This document shows, piece after piece, positions 19,841 through 29,355 of a stretch of 64,000 bases of DNA. Source of the stretch: an uncultured delta proteobacterium (lineage in GTDB: Bacteria; Myxococcota; UBA727; VGSZ01). The stretch's first letter is position 1. Each line of letters starts with the position of its first letter. The position numbers were made by a program, and so were the translations under genes. The stretch spans positions 1 to 64,000 of the forward strand of contig CAVZJB010000010.1 of assembly GCA_963775425.1 (NCBI GenBank). Reading direction: 5' to 3'. Below the pieces are notes generated by a model. The model saw nothing but the letters and a program-made list of their open reading frames with translations, ran no database searches and was not told where the DNA came from.

Positions 19841-21007
19841 ATGGCGCGCTCTCCCCCGCGGCGCCGGCGAGGCTCGCGATTCCTCGCCGTCGTCGTCACG
19901 CTGCTCTCGCTGTTGATCTTCTACGCGGGCTCGCGCCTGATCCCGGGCGGCTGGCCGCTCGGGGCGCAGGCCGGCGCGTGGGGGCTGCTGGCGGCGGTGC
20001 TCTTCGTCCCCCTCGCCGTGCTCGCCGCCGGCGACGGCGAGCACTTCAGCATCGCGCTCGCGCCCGTGGGTCTGTTCGTCCTCGTGCTGAGCTTCACGGT
20101 CCTGCGCGATCTCGGCTGGCTGGTCGCGTGGCTCGCGCACCTGTTGCCCGCCGACGAGGTCGCGCGGCGCTCCGCGTTCGATCTCTCGAGCGGCGCCGCC
20201 GTCGCGCTCGGCGCGCTCACGTTCACCTGGGGCACGCTGCGCGCGCGCGGCGGCCCCACCGTCGTCGACGTGAGCGTGCCCATCTCCGCCGAGCACGCGG
20301 AGCTGCACGGCTTCACCATCGCGCAGATCTCCGACGTGCACATCGGCCGCACCCTGCGACGCCCCTTCCTCGAGAGCGTGGTGGCCGCCGTCAACGGCAT
20401 CGGCGCCGACATCGTCGCCATCACCGGCGACCTCGTGGACGGCGGCGTCGAGGAGCTGCGTGAGCACACGGAGCCCCTGGGAGACCTGCGCGCGAAGCAC
20501 GGCGTGTGGTTCGTCACCGGAAACCACGACTACTACTCGGGCGCCCTGCCCTGGATCGACGAGCTGCGCCGCCTCGGCCTGCGCGTGCTCATCAACGCCC
20601 ACGACGTCATCGAGCACGAGGGCATGAAGGTCGTCGTCGGCGGCGTCACCGATCACTCCGCGGGGCGCATGGTGCACGGCCACGAGAGCGATCCGCACAA
20701 GGCCGCCGCCGGCGCCCCCGACGCCTTCAAGCTCCTGCTCGCGCACCAGCCCGCGTCGGCGGTGGAGGCGGAGAAGGCCGGCTTCCACCTGCAGCTCTCC
20801 GGGCACACGCACGGTGGGCAGTTCTTCCCGGGCACGCTGCTCGCGCACCTGATCTTTCCGTTCGTCGACGGGCTGCACCGCCTCGGCGCGATGTGGATCT
20901 ACACGAGCCGCGGCACCGGCTGGGTGGGACCGCCGCTGCGCACCACGCGCGTGGCCGGCGAGGTCACGCGCATCACGCTGGTGGCCGAGGCCGTCACTCG
21001 ACGCTGA
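19841..21007 (+). CDS. Membrane-bound metallophosphoesterase (YkuE-like)
   Basis: N-terminal TMs; SDVH, GDLVD, GNHD, LAHQP, SGHTHGGQ. Confidence 0.92.
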   Translation: MARSPPRRRRGSRFLAVVVTLLSLLIFYAGSRLIPGGWPLGAQAGAWGLLAAVLFVPLAVLAAGDGEHFSIALAPVGLFVLVLSFTVLRDLGWLVAWLAHLLPADEVARRSAFDLSSGAAVALGALTFTWGTLRARGGPTVVDVSVPISAEHAELHGFTIAQISDVHIGRTLRRPFLESVVAAVNGIGADIVAITGDLVDGGVEELREHTEPLGDLRAKHGVWFVTGNHDYYSGALPWIDELRRLGLRVLINAHDVIEHEGMKVVVGGVTDHSAGRMVHGHESDPHKAAAGAPDAFKLLLAHQPASAVEAEKAGFHLQLSGHTHGGQFFPGTLLAHLIFPFVDGLHRLGAMWIYTSRGTGWVGPPLRTTRVAGEVTRITLVAEAVTRR

Positions 21008-21620
21008 TGTCCAGGCCGCGCGCAGCGAGCGCGGCTTGCACCTTCTCGCGGTGACGCTTCTCCCAGTCGTCGAGGCTGAGCGCGGCGCCGGCGGCCTTTT
21101 TGTCGGTGGCCTTGGCGAGCACGTCGTCGGCGCGCGCGCGGGGGACGACCACGACGCCCTCTTCGTCGGCGACGACGACGTCGCCCGCGTCGACGATCAC
21201 CCCGCCGACGCGCACCTGCCCCGCCAGCGAGCCGGCGCCGACCTTCTTGCCCGGCATCGGGGAGACGCCGCGCGCGAACACGGGGAAGCCGTTCGCGCGC
21301 GACTCGGCGACGTCGCGGATGACGCCGTCGACCACGAGCCCTGCCACGCCACGCCGCTTGGCGATGGCGCAGACGTTGCCGCCGGCGACGGCGGTGTCGT
21401 CGTCGCCGGCCTCGACGACGAGGACGTCGCCGGGCTTGGCCAGGTAGATGGCCGCGTGGAGCATGAGGTTGTCGTTCTTGGCGGTGCGCACGGTGTACGC
21501 GGGGCCCGCGATGCGCGGCATGTCCTGCCACAAGGGCCGGATCTCGCGTCGCATCACGCAGGTGACGTCGAGGACGTCGGCGAGGTCACACGGCGAGAGC
21601 GCGGCGAACGGGCTCGCCAT
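20994..21620 (-). CDS. RraA/HMG-aldolase family protein
   Basis: IAGPAYTV, DNLMLH, PGDVLVV, VVDGVIRD, GDVVVADEEGVVVVP. Confidence 0.9.
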   Translation of the reverse strand: MASPFAALSPCDLADVLDVTCVMRREIRPLWQDMPRIAGPAYTVRTAKNDNLMLHAAIYLAKPGDVLVVEAGDDDTAVAGGNVCAIAKRRGVAGLVVDGVIRDVAESRANGFPVFARGVSPMPGKKVGAGSLAGQVRVGGVIVDAGDVVVADEEGVVVVPRARADDVLAKATDKKAAGAALSLDDWEKRHREKVQAALAARGLDISVE

Positions 21621-22390
21621 CAATCATCCAGCGCGCGCGCGCGCCCCTTCGCCACGGGCTTTCGCCCCCCGGCGATCTCGTCGATGACCGCGGCGATGTC
21701 GTCGGCGTTGTGCTGCATCGTGGCGTCCGGGTCGACGCCCGTGACGGGGTGATCCGGCTGGGTCGGCGCGTCGTGCGCGGCGACGGCCGGCAGCGCCCCC
21801 GGCGGCGGGGGCGGCGGCGGCGGCGCGACGGCCGCGGGCGGCGGCGCGACCGCGCCGGGCGGCGGCGGCGGCGCTGCAGCCGGGGCCGCGCGCGCAGGCG
21901 CGGGCGGCGATGCGCTGGCGCCAAGCGGCCCGTCGTCGGCGAGCGCGGCCGCGCTCCCCGGCACGTTCACCCGCACGCGCGGGATGGGCGCGTGCGGCGC
22001 GGCCGCGCCCATGAGGACGGCCGGCTCGTCGACGAGGGCGGCGTCGGCGTACACGATGAGCGCCGCAGACAGCGCCACGCCGAGGGCGACGGGCTTGCCG
22101 TCGGCGACGTCGGCGGCGCCGGCGACGGAGAGGGGGAAGCCGCGGTGCAGCGGGCCGCGCTCGAGGTCGTCGATCTCCTCGGCCGTGAGCGGCCGCGCCG
22201 GCCCGGCGGCGGCGGGCCCGGGCGCGGCCTTGCGCGCGCCCCCGATGAGCGCGGCGTGCTCCTCGGTGAACTGCACCTTGCACACGCCGCACGCCTTCAC
22301 GCCGCCACTGAGGGCGGCGCCGCACTCGGGGCACATGCCGGCCTGAAGCATCTTGAGGTCGGCGGGCGCGTGGGGCTTGAAGATCGCCAT
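21620..22390 (-). CDS. Hypothetical zinc-ribbon, Pro/Ala-rich protein
   Basis: MAIFKP...CPECG...CGVC; tightly coupled to the downstream rraA-like gene. Confidence 0.7.
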   Translation of the reverse strand: MAIFKPHAPADLKMLQAGMCPECGAALSGGVKACGVCKVQFTEEHAALIGGARKAAPGPAAAGPARPLTAEEIDDLERGPLHRGFPLSVAGAADVADGKPVALGVALSAALIVYADAALVDEPAVLMGAAAPHAPIPRVRVNVPGSAAALADDGPLGASASPPAPARAAPAAAPPPPPGAVAPPPAAVAPPPPPPPPGALPAVAAHDAPTQPDHPVTGVDPDATMQHNADDIAAVIDEIAGGRKPVAKGRARALDD

Positions 22391-22500
22391 GGCCGACCAT
22401 TGTACGTCGAGAGCGGCCCCGACAACCCGGCCGCCCGCACGGAGTGTCTCCCATCGGCACTCGCGTGACGGCGCGGCGCGCAAACATGCCCGCCGACGGG

Positions 22501-23340
22501 CTACGGGAAGGAGAGGCCTTCGCGGGCGACGAGCGTGCGCAACCCGGTGGCCTTCTGCGCGGCCCACAGCGCGGCGTCTTTGGCGATGCGGTCGAGCGCC
22601 TCGTCGTCGCGCTCGGGCTCGTGGTGGTGAAGCGCGACGGTGGACACGCCTGCGTCGCGGGCGAGCTCGAGCACCTCGCCGACGAGCGAGTGCCCCCACC
22701 CGCGTTTCTGCGGCATGTCCGACGGCAGGTACTGCGCGTCGTGGATCATGAGGCCGCTCCCTTCGGCGAAGCGCGCGAGCTCCGCGGGCGTGGTGGTGAC
22801 CGGCCCGGGCGGGTTCAGCTCGTTGTCGGTGAGGTAGCAAACGGACGTCCCGTCGTCGTCGTCGATGCGGAAGCCGTTGGCGCCGCCGGGGTGGTTGAGC
22901 GCGATGTGCGTGATGCGCGCGGAGCCCACGCGCAGCACGCCCTGCGGCACCTCGGCGACCTCGAGCTTCGACGGGAGGTCCTGGAAGCGCACGGGGAAGT
23001 GCACGCCGTCGAAGAGCACCGGGTGGCTCGCGGCCATCTGGCCGTCGAGGGTGTAGGGGTGCAAGAGGATCTTCGCGTCCTTGCGATACGCAGGCGCGAA
23101 GAACGGCATGCCGTGCACGTGGTCCCAGTGACGATGGGTGATGAGCAGGTGGATGGTGTTGGTGAAGCCCTCCGCCTCGAGCTTCTTGCCGAGCTCGCGG
23201 ATGCCTGTGCCGGCGTCGAGGACGATGAGCTCCCCGTCGGCCGTGCGCACCTCGACGCAGACGGTGTTGCCGCCGTAGCGCGCCGTGGACGGCCCCGGCG
23301 TCGGGATGGAGCCGCGCACCCCGTGGAACGTGATCCGCAT
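22501..23340 (-). CDS. MBL-fold metallo-hydrolase
   Basis: GVRGSIP, YGGNTVC, DAGTG, THRHWDH, HDAQY, WGHS, HHEP. Confidence 0.93.
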   Translation of the reverse strand: MRITFHGVRGSIPTPGPSTARYGGNTVCVEVRTADGELIVLDAGTGIRELGKKLEAEGFTNTIHLLITHRHWDHVHGMPFFAPAYRKDAKILLHPYTLDGQMAASHPVLFDGVHFPVRFQDLPSKLEVAEVPQGVLRVGSARITHIALNHPGGANGFRIDDDDGTSVCYLTDNELNPPGPVTTTPAELARFAEGSGLMIHDAQYLPSDMPQKRGWGHSLVGEVLELARDAGVSTVALHHHEPERDDEALDRIAKDAALWAAQKATGLRTLVAREGLSFP

Positions 23341-23378
23341 CGGGTGGAGATACCACGGCCGGGCGCTGCCTCGCGTCG

Positions 23379-24554
23379 TCAAGCGGAGGATGTCACCTGC
23401 TCAAGCGTCACTTGACCTGCGTTGCCCGTCGCCTTTTTGTTCTCGAACAGCGACTTGAGACGCAGCAGATCGTCGTCGAGAAAGCGCTTGGGGCGCCGGT
23501 TGAGCAAGCCGCCGAGGGCGAGCCCCATCACGCCGAGCCGCGGGTGCTGCAGCAGCTCCACGTCCACGCGCGTCCCGTCTCGCTCGGCCGCGAAGTGCAC
23601 GCTGCCCGCGCTGTTCAAGAGGCCCTCTCCCACCGAGCGCCACGCGATGGCCGCGGACGGCGAAAAGCGCGTGATCTCGAGCGTCGACGTCACCGGGCCC
23701 GCGGGCCCGTCGACCTTCCAACGGTAGTGATCGTCGTCGATCTTCTCGACCTCCAGCACGTGCTTCATGAACAGCGGGAAGCGCTCCGGCTTCCTGAACA
23801 AAGCGAACACGTCGTCGAGGCCGGCGTGGATGAAGATGCTCTTGTGGACCACGAACGGCCCCTGCCACGTCGACAGCGGTCGGTTGGTGACGGCGCGAGC
23901 GAGCAGGAGGCCCCCGGCGCCGCCCGCGACGACGCCGGCCGGCCGGCGCGCCGAGAGCGCTCTCGCGAGGAGACCGCCGCCGACGGCCCCCGCGAGCACG
24001 CGAGACGCGGGGGACCACCTCTCCTGCAGGAGCTCCGGCGTGCGCATGCGCGGGGCGCCGCCCTGAAGCGCGGAGACCCCGTCGGGGCCGTTGTGCTCGG
24101 TGAGCTCATCGACGACGTCCTCGGCGTCGCGCACCCGGCGCATCTCCTTGACGACGCGCGCGTGCTCGACGGCGAGGATGTCGCCGCGCAGCGTGAGTAC
24201 GCCGTGGTGCGCTTCGATGTGCACTGCGTGCGGGTGCGAGCAGACGTGGCCGAGCCCGGCGCGCGCACGTTCCACCAGCAGATCGTCGCCCGCCGGCGAC
24301 GGACGGTGGGGCCGCGTGCGTGCGACCACGCCTTGCGCGCGTTGCCGCAGGTCGCGCTCGGCCTTGTCGAGCTCGTGCGCCGCGGTGTGCGTCAGGTGCC
24401 GCACCTTGTCGGCGGCGAGGGCGCGGCGCCGGCGCGCGCCCGGGCCCTTCAAGAAGAGGGCGGCGGCGATGACGGCCCCGGCGGTGGCCGCCGCGCTGCC
24501 GAGCGTCGACGACGTGCGCGCCCGCCGCCTGCGAAGAAGGATGCGTGATGCCAT
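23379..24554 (-). CDS. BON domain + SRPBCC (START-like) protein
   Basis: LVERARAGLGHVCSHPH...LTLRG (BON); KSIFIHA...FPLFMKHVLEV...YRW...DDLLRLK (SRPBCC). Confidence 0.85.
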   Translation of the reverse strand: MASRILLRRRRARTSSTLGSAAATAGAVIAAALFLKGPGARRRRALAADKVRHLTHTAAHELDKAERDLRQRAQGVVARTRPHRPSPAGDDLLVERARAGLGHVCSHPHAVHIEAHHGVLTLRGDILAVEHARVVKEMRRVRDAEDVVDELTEHNGPDGVSALQGGAPRMRTPELLQERWSPASRVLAGAVGGGLLARALSARRPAGVVAGGAGGLLLARAVTNRPLSTWQGPFVVHKSIFIHAGLDDVFALFRKPERFPLFMKHVLEVEKIDDDHYRWKVDGPAGPVTSTLEITRFSPSAAIAWRSVGEGLLNSAGSVHFAAERDGTRVDVELLQHPRLGVMGLALGGLLNRRPKRFLDDDLLRLKSLFENKKATGNAGQVTLEQVTSSA

Positions 24555-24598
24555 GGGAGCCTCCAGGCTCCACGGCGTGCACCTCGCGTGCCTCGCGC

Positions 24599-24997
24599 TC
24601 AGCGCGCGAGCGGCGGCACCGCCACGGGGCTCTCGTCGGCCGCGGCGGCGGCGAGCTGCGCGTGGGTCTCGTCGTACAGGCGTTGCTTGAGGTCCCAACG
24701 GCGGGCCTGGCCGATGCGATTCATTCCGCGCGCGACGACGCCGCCGGCCGCGGGCAGCGCGACGAACAAGGAGACCACGCGCGTGATGATGCTCGGCAGC
24801 GCGAGCAGCAGGAGCGCGCCGAGCACCGCCGGGATCCCCACGGCGACGAGCACGATGCCTTGTTTGCGCGCGGCCGCGGCGGCGCCGGCCTCCGGAGGCT
24901 CGATGGCGCCACGCTTGCCGGTGCGAAAGTCGTAGCCGCAGAACGTGCAGCGATCCGCGGAGACCGGCAGGCTGTCATTGCAGATCGGACACTGCAC
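24599..24997 (-). CDS. Small zinc-ribbon membrane protein
   Basis: CPIC...CTFCGYDF followed by two TM helices. Confidence 0.7.
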   Translation of the reverse strand: MQCPICNDSLPVSADRCTFCGYDFRTGKRGAIEPPEAGAAAAARKQGIVLVAVGIPAVLGALLLLALPSIITRVVSLFVALPAAGGVVARGMNRIGQARRWDLKQRLYDETHAQLAAAAADESPVAVPPLAR

Positions 24998-25069
24998 GGC
25001 GGCATCTTACGTCGGCTCCCAGGCGGCGACGAATCAGATGCACGTCGGGAGCGCGCGCTTGGATGCACA

Positions 25070-25759
25070 TCAGATGCACTGCGGCGGCGGCTGCAGGACC
25101 GCCGCGGCGCGGGCCCACACGCGCACCTGACCGAAGCCCGCCTCGTGCACCACCGGACCGGCGAGCGCGGCGGCGCTCCTGCCGTCGCAACCGGTCCTCG
25201 ACGACGGCTCCGTCGACGACGCGCTCGTGCAGCAGCGCGACGCGCGCGGGGTGCCGGCGCAAAATGAAAACAAGCTCGCGCCGTCGGCGTCGACGCTGAT
25301 CTCGGTGTCGCTCACCGTCGCCGCGTTCACCACCGGCGCGGCGGGCGCCCGCAGGTCGACGCGCGCGACGCTGCCACGCGCGTCGACGATCAACGTCGAG
25401 CCCCCGGCGGCGAGCGGGAGGCTGCCGCCGGCGAATTCCCGGAACTGCGCCATGTCCATGGTCGCGAACTCCGTCGTCGCACAGTCGACGGGAGCGCCGT
25501 CCGCCAAAGCGCGCGCGACGGAGACGGAGGCGATGTCGGCGAGCGCCGCCACGTCGCTGCAGTCGGCGGGGGCGTCGCCGGCGACGACGCAAACGCCGTC
25601 GCCGAGGGGCTCGCGCGCGCACCGGGCCGGCGAGCGCAGGAGCGGCGTCACGGAGACGGTGTCGGGGTCGACGACGACGTCGAAGGACAAGGGCGCCGGC
25701 CCCGCACAGCCGACCGTGAGGACGGCGAGCACGGCGGGAGAGGCGACGAGCGCACGCAC
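25070..25759 (-). CDS. Cys-rich hypothetical lipoprotein
   Basis: GTG start next to AGGGAG; lipobox LTVGC; multiple Cys. Confidence 0.6.
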   Translation of the reverse strand: MRALVASPAVLAVLTVGCAGPAPLSFDVVVDPDTVSVTPLLRSPARCAREPLGDGVCVVAGDAPADCSDVAALADIASVSVARALADGAPVDCATTEFATMDMAQFREFAGGSLPLAAGGSTLIVDARGSVARVDLRAPAAPVVNAATVSDTEISVDADGASLFSFCAGTPRASRCCTSASSTEPSSRTGCDGRSAAALAGPVVHEAGFGQVRVWARAAAVLQPPPQCI

Positions 25760-25811
25760 CTCCCTTCGTGCGCGAGCGGGCGCGATTCGTTCGCTGCGAT
25801 ATGCTCGAAGC

Positions 25812-26924
25812 ATGCTCCGCCTCCCCTCGGTTCTGCTGGCGCTCGCCGCCGCCTGCGCGCCGCCGGCCGGCCCCGCCGAGCCCGTCGGCGCCACGGCTTC
25901 GACCGGCGGCGACGACGACGCACGAGCGGCACGTGAGCCGGTCTTCAGCGCGTGCCGGCCGCCACCGCCCGCGCCCATCGACGATCTCGTCGAGCTCGCG
26001 GACGTCTGCGACGGCCCCGTCTGCGAAGGCGATCTCACCCGCGTGCGCGATTGCCGGATCATTCGTGGCGACATCATCCTCTCGAGCCCGCGGTTGGCGC
26101 ACGCGTCCTTCCCGAACCTCCGCGAGCTCCACGGCAAGCTCATCGTCCACGCGCCGCGCCTCACGTCCCTCGACCTCCCGCGCCTCACCCTCGTCACCGA
26201 GAGCGTCGGCCTGGCGTCCGCGGAGCTGTCGGATCTGGACGGCCTGTCCGCGCTCGAGGAGGTCTACGGCGACGTCGGCATCTCCGACACGCGGCACATC
26301 GCGAGCCTCGCCGGCCTCGCGTCGCTGCGACGCGCCGGCGGGATCGAGCTGTTCGGCAACCGGGCGCTCGAGGACCTCCGTGGCCTCGAGCGCATCACGG
26401 AGCTGCGCGGCTCCCGGAGCCCCGGGCTCCACGTCGAAGACAACCCCGCGCTCGTGAGCCTCCACGGCATCGAGCGCCTCGTGCGCACGCAGGCCATCGT
26501 GCTCGCCGACGACCCCGCGCTCGCAGACATCAGCGCGCTGTCGTCGGTGGTGGACACCGGGGACGTCCTCTCCGTCACCGGCTGCCCCAAGCTCACGAGC
26601 CTCGCGCCGCTCGCGTCGATCCGGTCCGAGGCGGAAGCGCCGGCGGGCCTCCTGGAGATCCGCGACGACGACGGCCTCGTCACCCTCGACGGGCTCAACG
26701 GCTTCGTCGGGCTGTCTTCCGGCCTCGACATCTCCGGCAACGACGGGCTCACCAGCATCGCGGCGCTGTCGTCGCTGCGAGTCGTCGGGGGCATCGTCGG
26801 GCTGCGCGACAACCCCGCGTTGAGCGGGTGCCAGGTGCAGGAGCTCGTCGCCCGGCTGCGCGCAAGCGGCTTCGACGGCGTCCTCGAGGAGGGCGGCAAC
26901 CTCGACGGCGGCCCGTGCCCGTGA
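25812..26924 (+). CDS. Receptor L-domain/leucine-rich-repeat lipoprotein
   Basis: Lipobox LAAAC; repeats such as NPALVSLHGIERL and NDGLTSIAALSSLRVVGG. Confidence 0.85.
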   Translation: MLRLPSVLLALAAACAPPAGPAEPVGATASTGGDDDARAAREPVFSACRPPPPAPIDDLVELADVCDGPVCEGDLTRVRDCRIIRGDIILSSPRLAHASFPNLRELHGKLIVHAPRLTSLDLPRLTLVTESVGLASAELSDLDGLSALEEVYGDVGISDTRHIASLAGLASLRRAGGIELFGNRALEDLRGLERITELRGSRSPGLHVEDNPALVSLHGIERLVRTQAIVLADDPALADISALSSVVDTGDVLSVTGCPKLTSLAPLASIRSEAEAPAGLLEIRDDDGLVTLDGLNGFVGLSSGLDISGNDGLTSIAALSSLRVVGGIVGLRDNPALSGCQVQELVARLRASGFDGVLEEGGNLDGGPCP

Positions 26925-26927
26925 GGC

Positions 26928-27521
26928 TCAGGTCCACGCGCGCTTGGCCACCCGCTGGACAATCGCCCGCGGGACCCCCACGAGCCGCGCGGCGCGCGAC
27001 TTGTTGTCCCCCGCGCGCTTGAGCGCGTGAGCGATGACGGCGCTGCGAATGCCCCGCTCGAGCTCGAGGAGCGGCACCTTGCCGACGAAGGGCGCCACCG
27101 CCGCGGAGATCGGCGGCGGCTGTTCGTCGAGCCCTGCGGCGACGGCGTGCAGCAAGCACGCGGCGGTGCAGGGCAATGGCACGAGCTGCCGCGCCCCCGC
27201 GCGGCCGAACGCGAACGCCTCCGCGGCGTGCACGGCGCGGCGATGCACGGCGATGACGGCGGGCGCCGGGACGGCGAGCTGGGCGGCGCGCGCGACGTCG
27301 AGCGCGTGCTCGCAGGCGTCGATGGCGACGACCATGAGCATGCACGGCGCCTTGTCGACCAGGACGTCGATGACCTCCCGCAGCGTGGCCGCCGCGAGGG
27401 TGGAGAAGCGCATGCCGAGCGTGGACAGGAGGAAGCCGCGGACCTCCTCGTCCGCGGAGACCACGAGCGCCGCCCCCCACGGCGAGCGCTCTGCCAACCG
27501 TGAAGGCGGAGAGCCGTCCAT
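26928..27521 (-). CDS. Atypical (pseudo-receiver) response regulator with Fis-type HTH
   Basis: Receiver-like fold lacking DD, the phospho-Asp and KP; C-terminal ALKRAGDNKSRAARLVGV. Confidence 0.8.
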   Translation of the reverse strand: MDGSPPSRLAERSPWGAALVVSADEEVRGFLLSTLGMRFSTLAAATLREVIDVLVDKAPCMLMVVAIDACEHALDVARAAQLAVPAPAVIAVHRRAVHAAEAFAFGRAGARQLVPLPCTAACLLHAVAAGLDEQPPPISAAVAPFVGKVPLLELERGIRSAVIAHALKRAGDNKSRAARLVGVPRAIVQRVAKRAWT

Positions 27522-27557
27522 GTGAGGACATCATCGAAGGCGGCCGGCCGGGGGGAA

Positions 27558-27575
27558 ACGCAAGTTTTCTTGCAC
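27558..27575. promoter_or_regulatory. Palindromic operator candidate ACGCAAG-TTTT-CTTGCAC
   Basis: Sits between the kinase and pseudo-RR genes; same GCAAG-N4-CTTGC core as 29268-29285. Confidence 0.55.
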
Positions 27576-27580
27576 GCGGC

Positions 27581-28879
27581 TCACGCCGCGCCGAGATCGA
27601 TGGTGACGCACGCGCCGCCGCCGTCGACGTTGCCGCGGGTGAGCGTGCCGCCGCACGCGTGGACCAGGCGGTCCGCGGTGAACAGCCCGAGCCCGGTCCC
27701 CGTCTTCTTCGTCGTGCGGAAGCTCTCCAACGCCGACGCCAACAGCTCCTCGGAGAAGCCCGGCCCGTCGTCGCGCACGGCCACCTGCACGGCGCCGCCG
27801 GCCGACAGCGCCGCGCTCACGAAGACGCGGGTCGCGGCGCGGCGGCCGTCGCCCTCGCACGCGTTCACGAGGAGGTTTTCGAAGATGCGCAGGAGGGTCG
27901 TGCGGCCGCCGACCACGCGCACGCACAGCAGATCGTCGACGGCGTCGAGCTCGATCGCGACCCGGGCGTGCGCGCGGGACACCGACGCCACCGCCTCCGC
28001 GAGAGCAGCGCGCACGCGTACGCTCTCGGAGCGAAGCTGTCTCTCCGACGCACGGGCGCGCGCCTGGAGGAACAGGTCATTGAGCTTGGCGATGCTCGCG
28101 CGCAGCACGGAGAGGCGCTCCACCGTGAGCGCGTCGGCGTCGCGCGCGAGCGAGCGCTCGAGCGCCGCCAGCTCGAGGCTCGCGGCCGTGAGCGGGCTCT
28201 TGATGTCGTGCGCGATTCCGAGCAGGTCGCGAATCATTTCCTCGAGCTCCTGCCCGCGCTTGGCTTCCACGTCGAGGAGCTGCGCCGCCAGCGCCCTTTG
28301 CGTGCGAAACAACTCGGAGCGCCGCTGGTCCGCCTTCACCGCCGACGTCCCCGCGACGAGCCCGGCCGCCACCGACGCCGGCAGCGACAGCACCCACAAG
28401 GCGACGTGACCGGGGTCGTGGTTGACGACGAGGGAGACGGCGGCGGTGGCCGCGAACGAGAGCAGGAAGAACGGCCAGCGGAGGCTGATGCGCATGAGCT
28501 GGGCGTGAAAGAGCGTGGTCAGCAGATAGAAAGCGGCGAAGACGGCGGCGCCGGGCATGCGCGACAGCGCCACGAGGAGCGCCGGGAAGAGCTCGACGAG
28601 GACGTTGCCGGCGAGGGACAGCGCCACGTGGAGCTTCACGGCGCGGGCGCGGACGAGCGCGGCGTCGACGGCGGCGAACGCGGGCAGGGGGAGAAACGAG
28701 GCCAGCGCCCAGGGAAACGACACGCCGGTGGCGCGCGCGACGGGGGGAACGTAGGCGCACACCGCGAGCACGACGCCGACGAACGCGGACAGCACGATCC
28801 ACGTGAACGGGCCCCGCGCGGACGTCTCGAAGGCGCCCTCGACGGAGAGGTGCCGTACCCAGGAGGCGGGCGTTTCCAT
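27581..28879 (-). CDS. Polytopic membrane sensor histidine kinase
   Basis: About 6 TM helices with short loops; H-box IAHDIKSPL, N-box FENLLVNA, G1 DDGPG, G2 GTGLGL. Confidence 0.93.
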   Translation of the reverse strand: METPASWVRHLSVEGAFETSARGPFTWIVLSAFVGVVLAVCAYVPPVARATGVSFPWALASFLPLPAFAAVDAALVRARAVKLHVALSLAGNVLVELFPALLVALSRMPGAAVFAAFYLLTTLFHAQLMRISLRWPFFLLSFAATAAVSLVVNHDPGHVALWVLSLPASVAAGLVAGTSAVKADQRRSELFRTQRALAAQLLDVEAKRGQELEEMIRDLLGIAHDIKSPLTAASLELAALERSLARDADALTVERLSVLRASIAKLNDLFLQARARASERQLRSESVRVRAALAEAVASVSRAHARVAIELDAVDDLLCVRVVGGRTTLLRIFENLLVNACEGDGRRAATRVFVSAALSAGGAVQVAVRDDGPGFSEELLASALESFRTTKKTGTGLGLFTADRLVHACGGTLTRGNVDGGGACVTIDLGAA

Positions 28880-28902
28880 CGTCGCCGGATTGTACGTGCG
28901 AA

Positions 28903-29211
28903 TCAGCCGTCGATGGTGACGTAGTAGCCGGACAACTTGTTGATGGCGTTGGCGTCGGCCTGACCGCGCTCGAGCATCTCGTCGAGCTCGTTGATGAGCT
29001 CGGGGTTCCCGCGCTGGACCTCCGTGAATTCCACCTGCCCGCCCGCGAGCACGATGTGCATCGCCTTCACCACCGGCAGCAGGTGTTTGTTGAAGGCCAT
29101 CTCGCCGAGCGGGCCCTCGAACGCGCCCAGCTCTCGTGCCTTCAACATGTATTGAAGCATCGAATAGGCGAGTGGGTAGGAAACGAGCTGCGGATCGTCT
29201 GCGTAGCCCAC
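28903..29211 (-). CDS. Small hypothetical protein (about 102 aa) co-oriented with the kinase
   Basis: GTG start with AGGAG SD; strongly coding-like codons; ends SGYYVTIDG. Confidence 0.75.
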   Translation of the reverse strand: MGYADDPQLVSYPLAYSMLQYMLKARELGAFEGPLGEMAFNKHLLPVVKAMHIVLAGGQVEFTEVQRGNPELINELDEMLERGQADANAINKLSGYYVTIDG

Positions 29212-29267
29212 GAGATCTCCTGCTCGAACGGATGTGCCATTTGTCCGCCGGAGAGCCGGTCCGGTCA

Positions 29268-29285
29268 ACGCAAGCGCGCTTGCGT
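29268..29285. promoter_or_regulatory. Perfect 18-bp palindrome ACGCAAGCGCGCTTGCGT in the divergent promoter
   Basis: Self-complementary; lies between the divergent starts at 29211 and 29356. Confidence 0.6.
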
Positions 29286-29355
29286 GTCTGCCGGCGAAGC
29301 ACGGTGGGGCGCGGCTGCGGACGCTCGTGCGCGCCCGCTACGATCGTTCGACGAC

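Noticed and set aside
28903-29211. Bona fide ComX pheromone
   Set aside because: No tryptophan and longer than typical ComX precursors; kept only as an analogous candidate
29225-29240. Sigma54 promoter (TGGCACA-N4-TTCG on the minus strand)
   Set aside because: The -12 element lacks the conserved GC and the cassette RRs have no AAA+ domain
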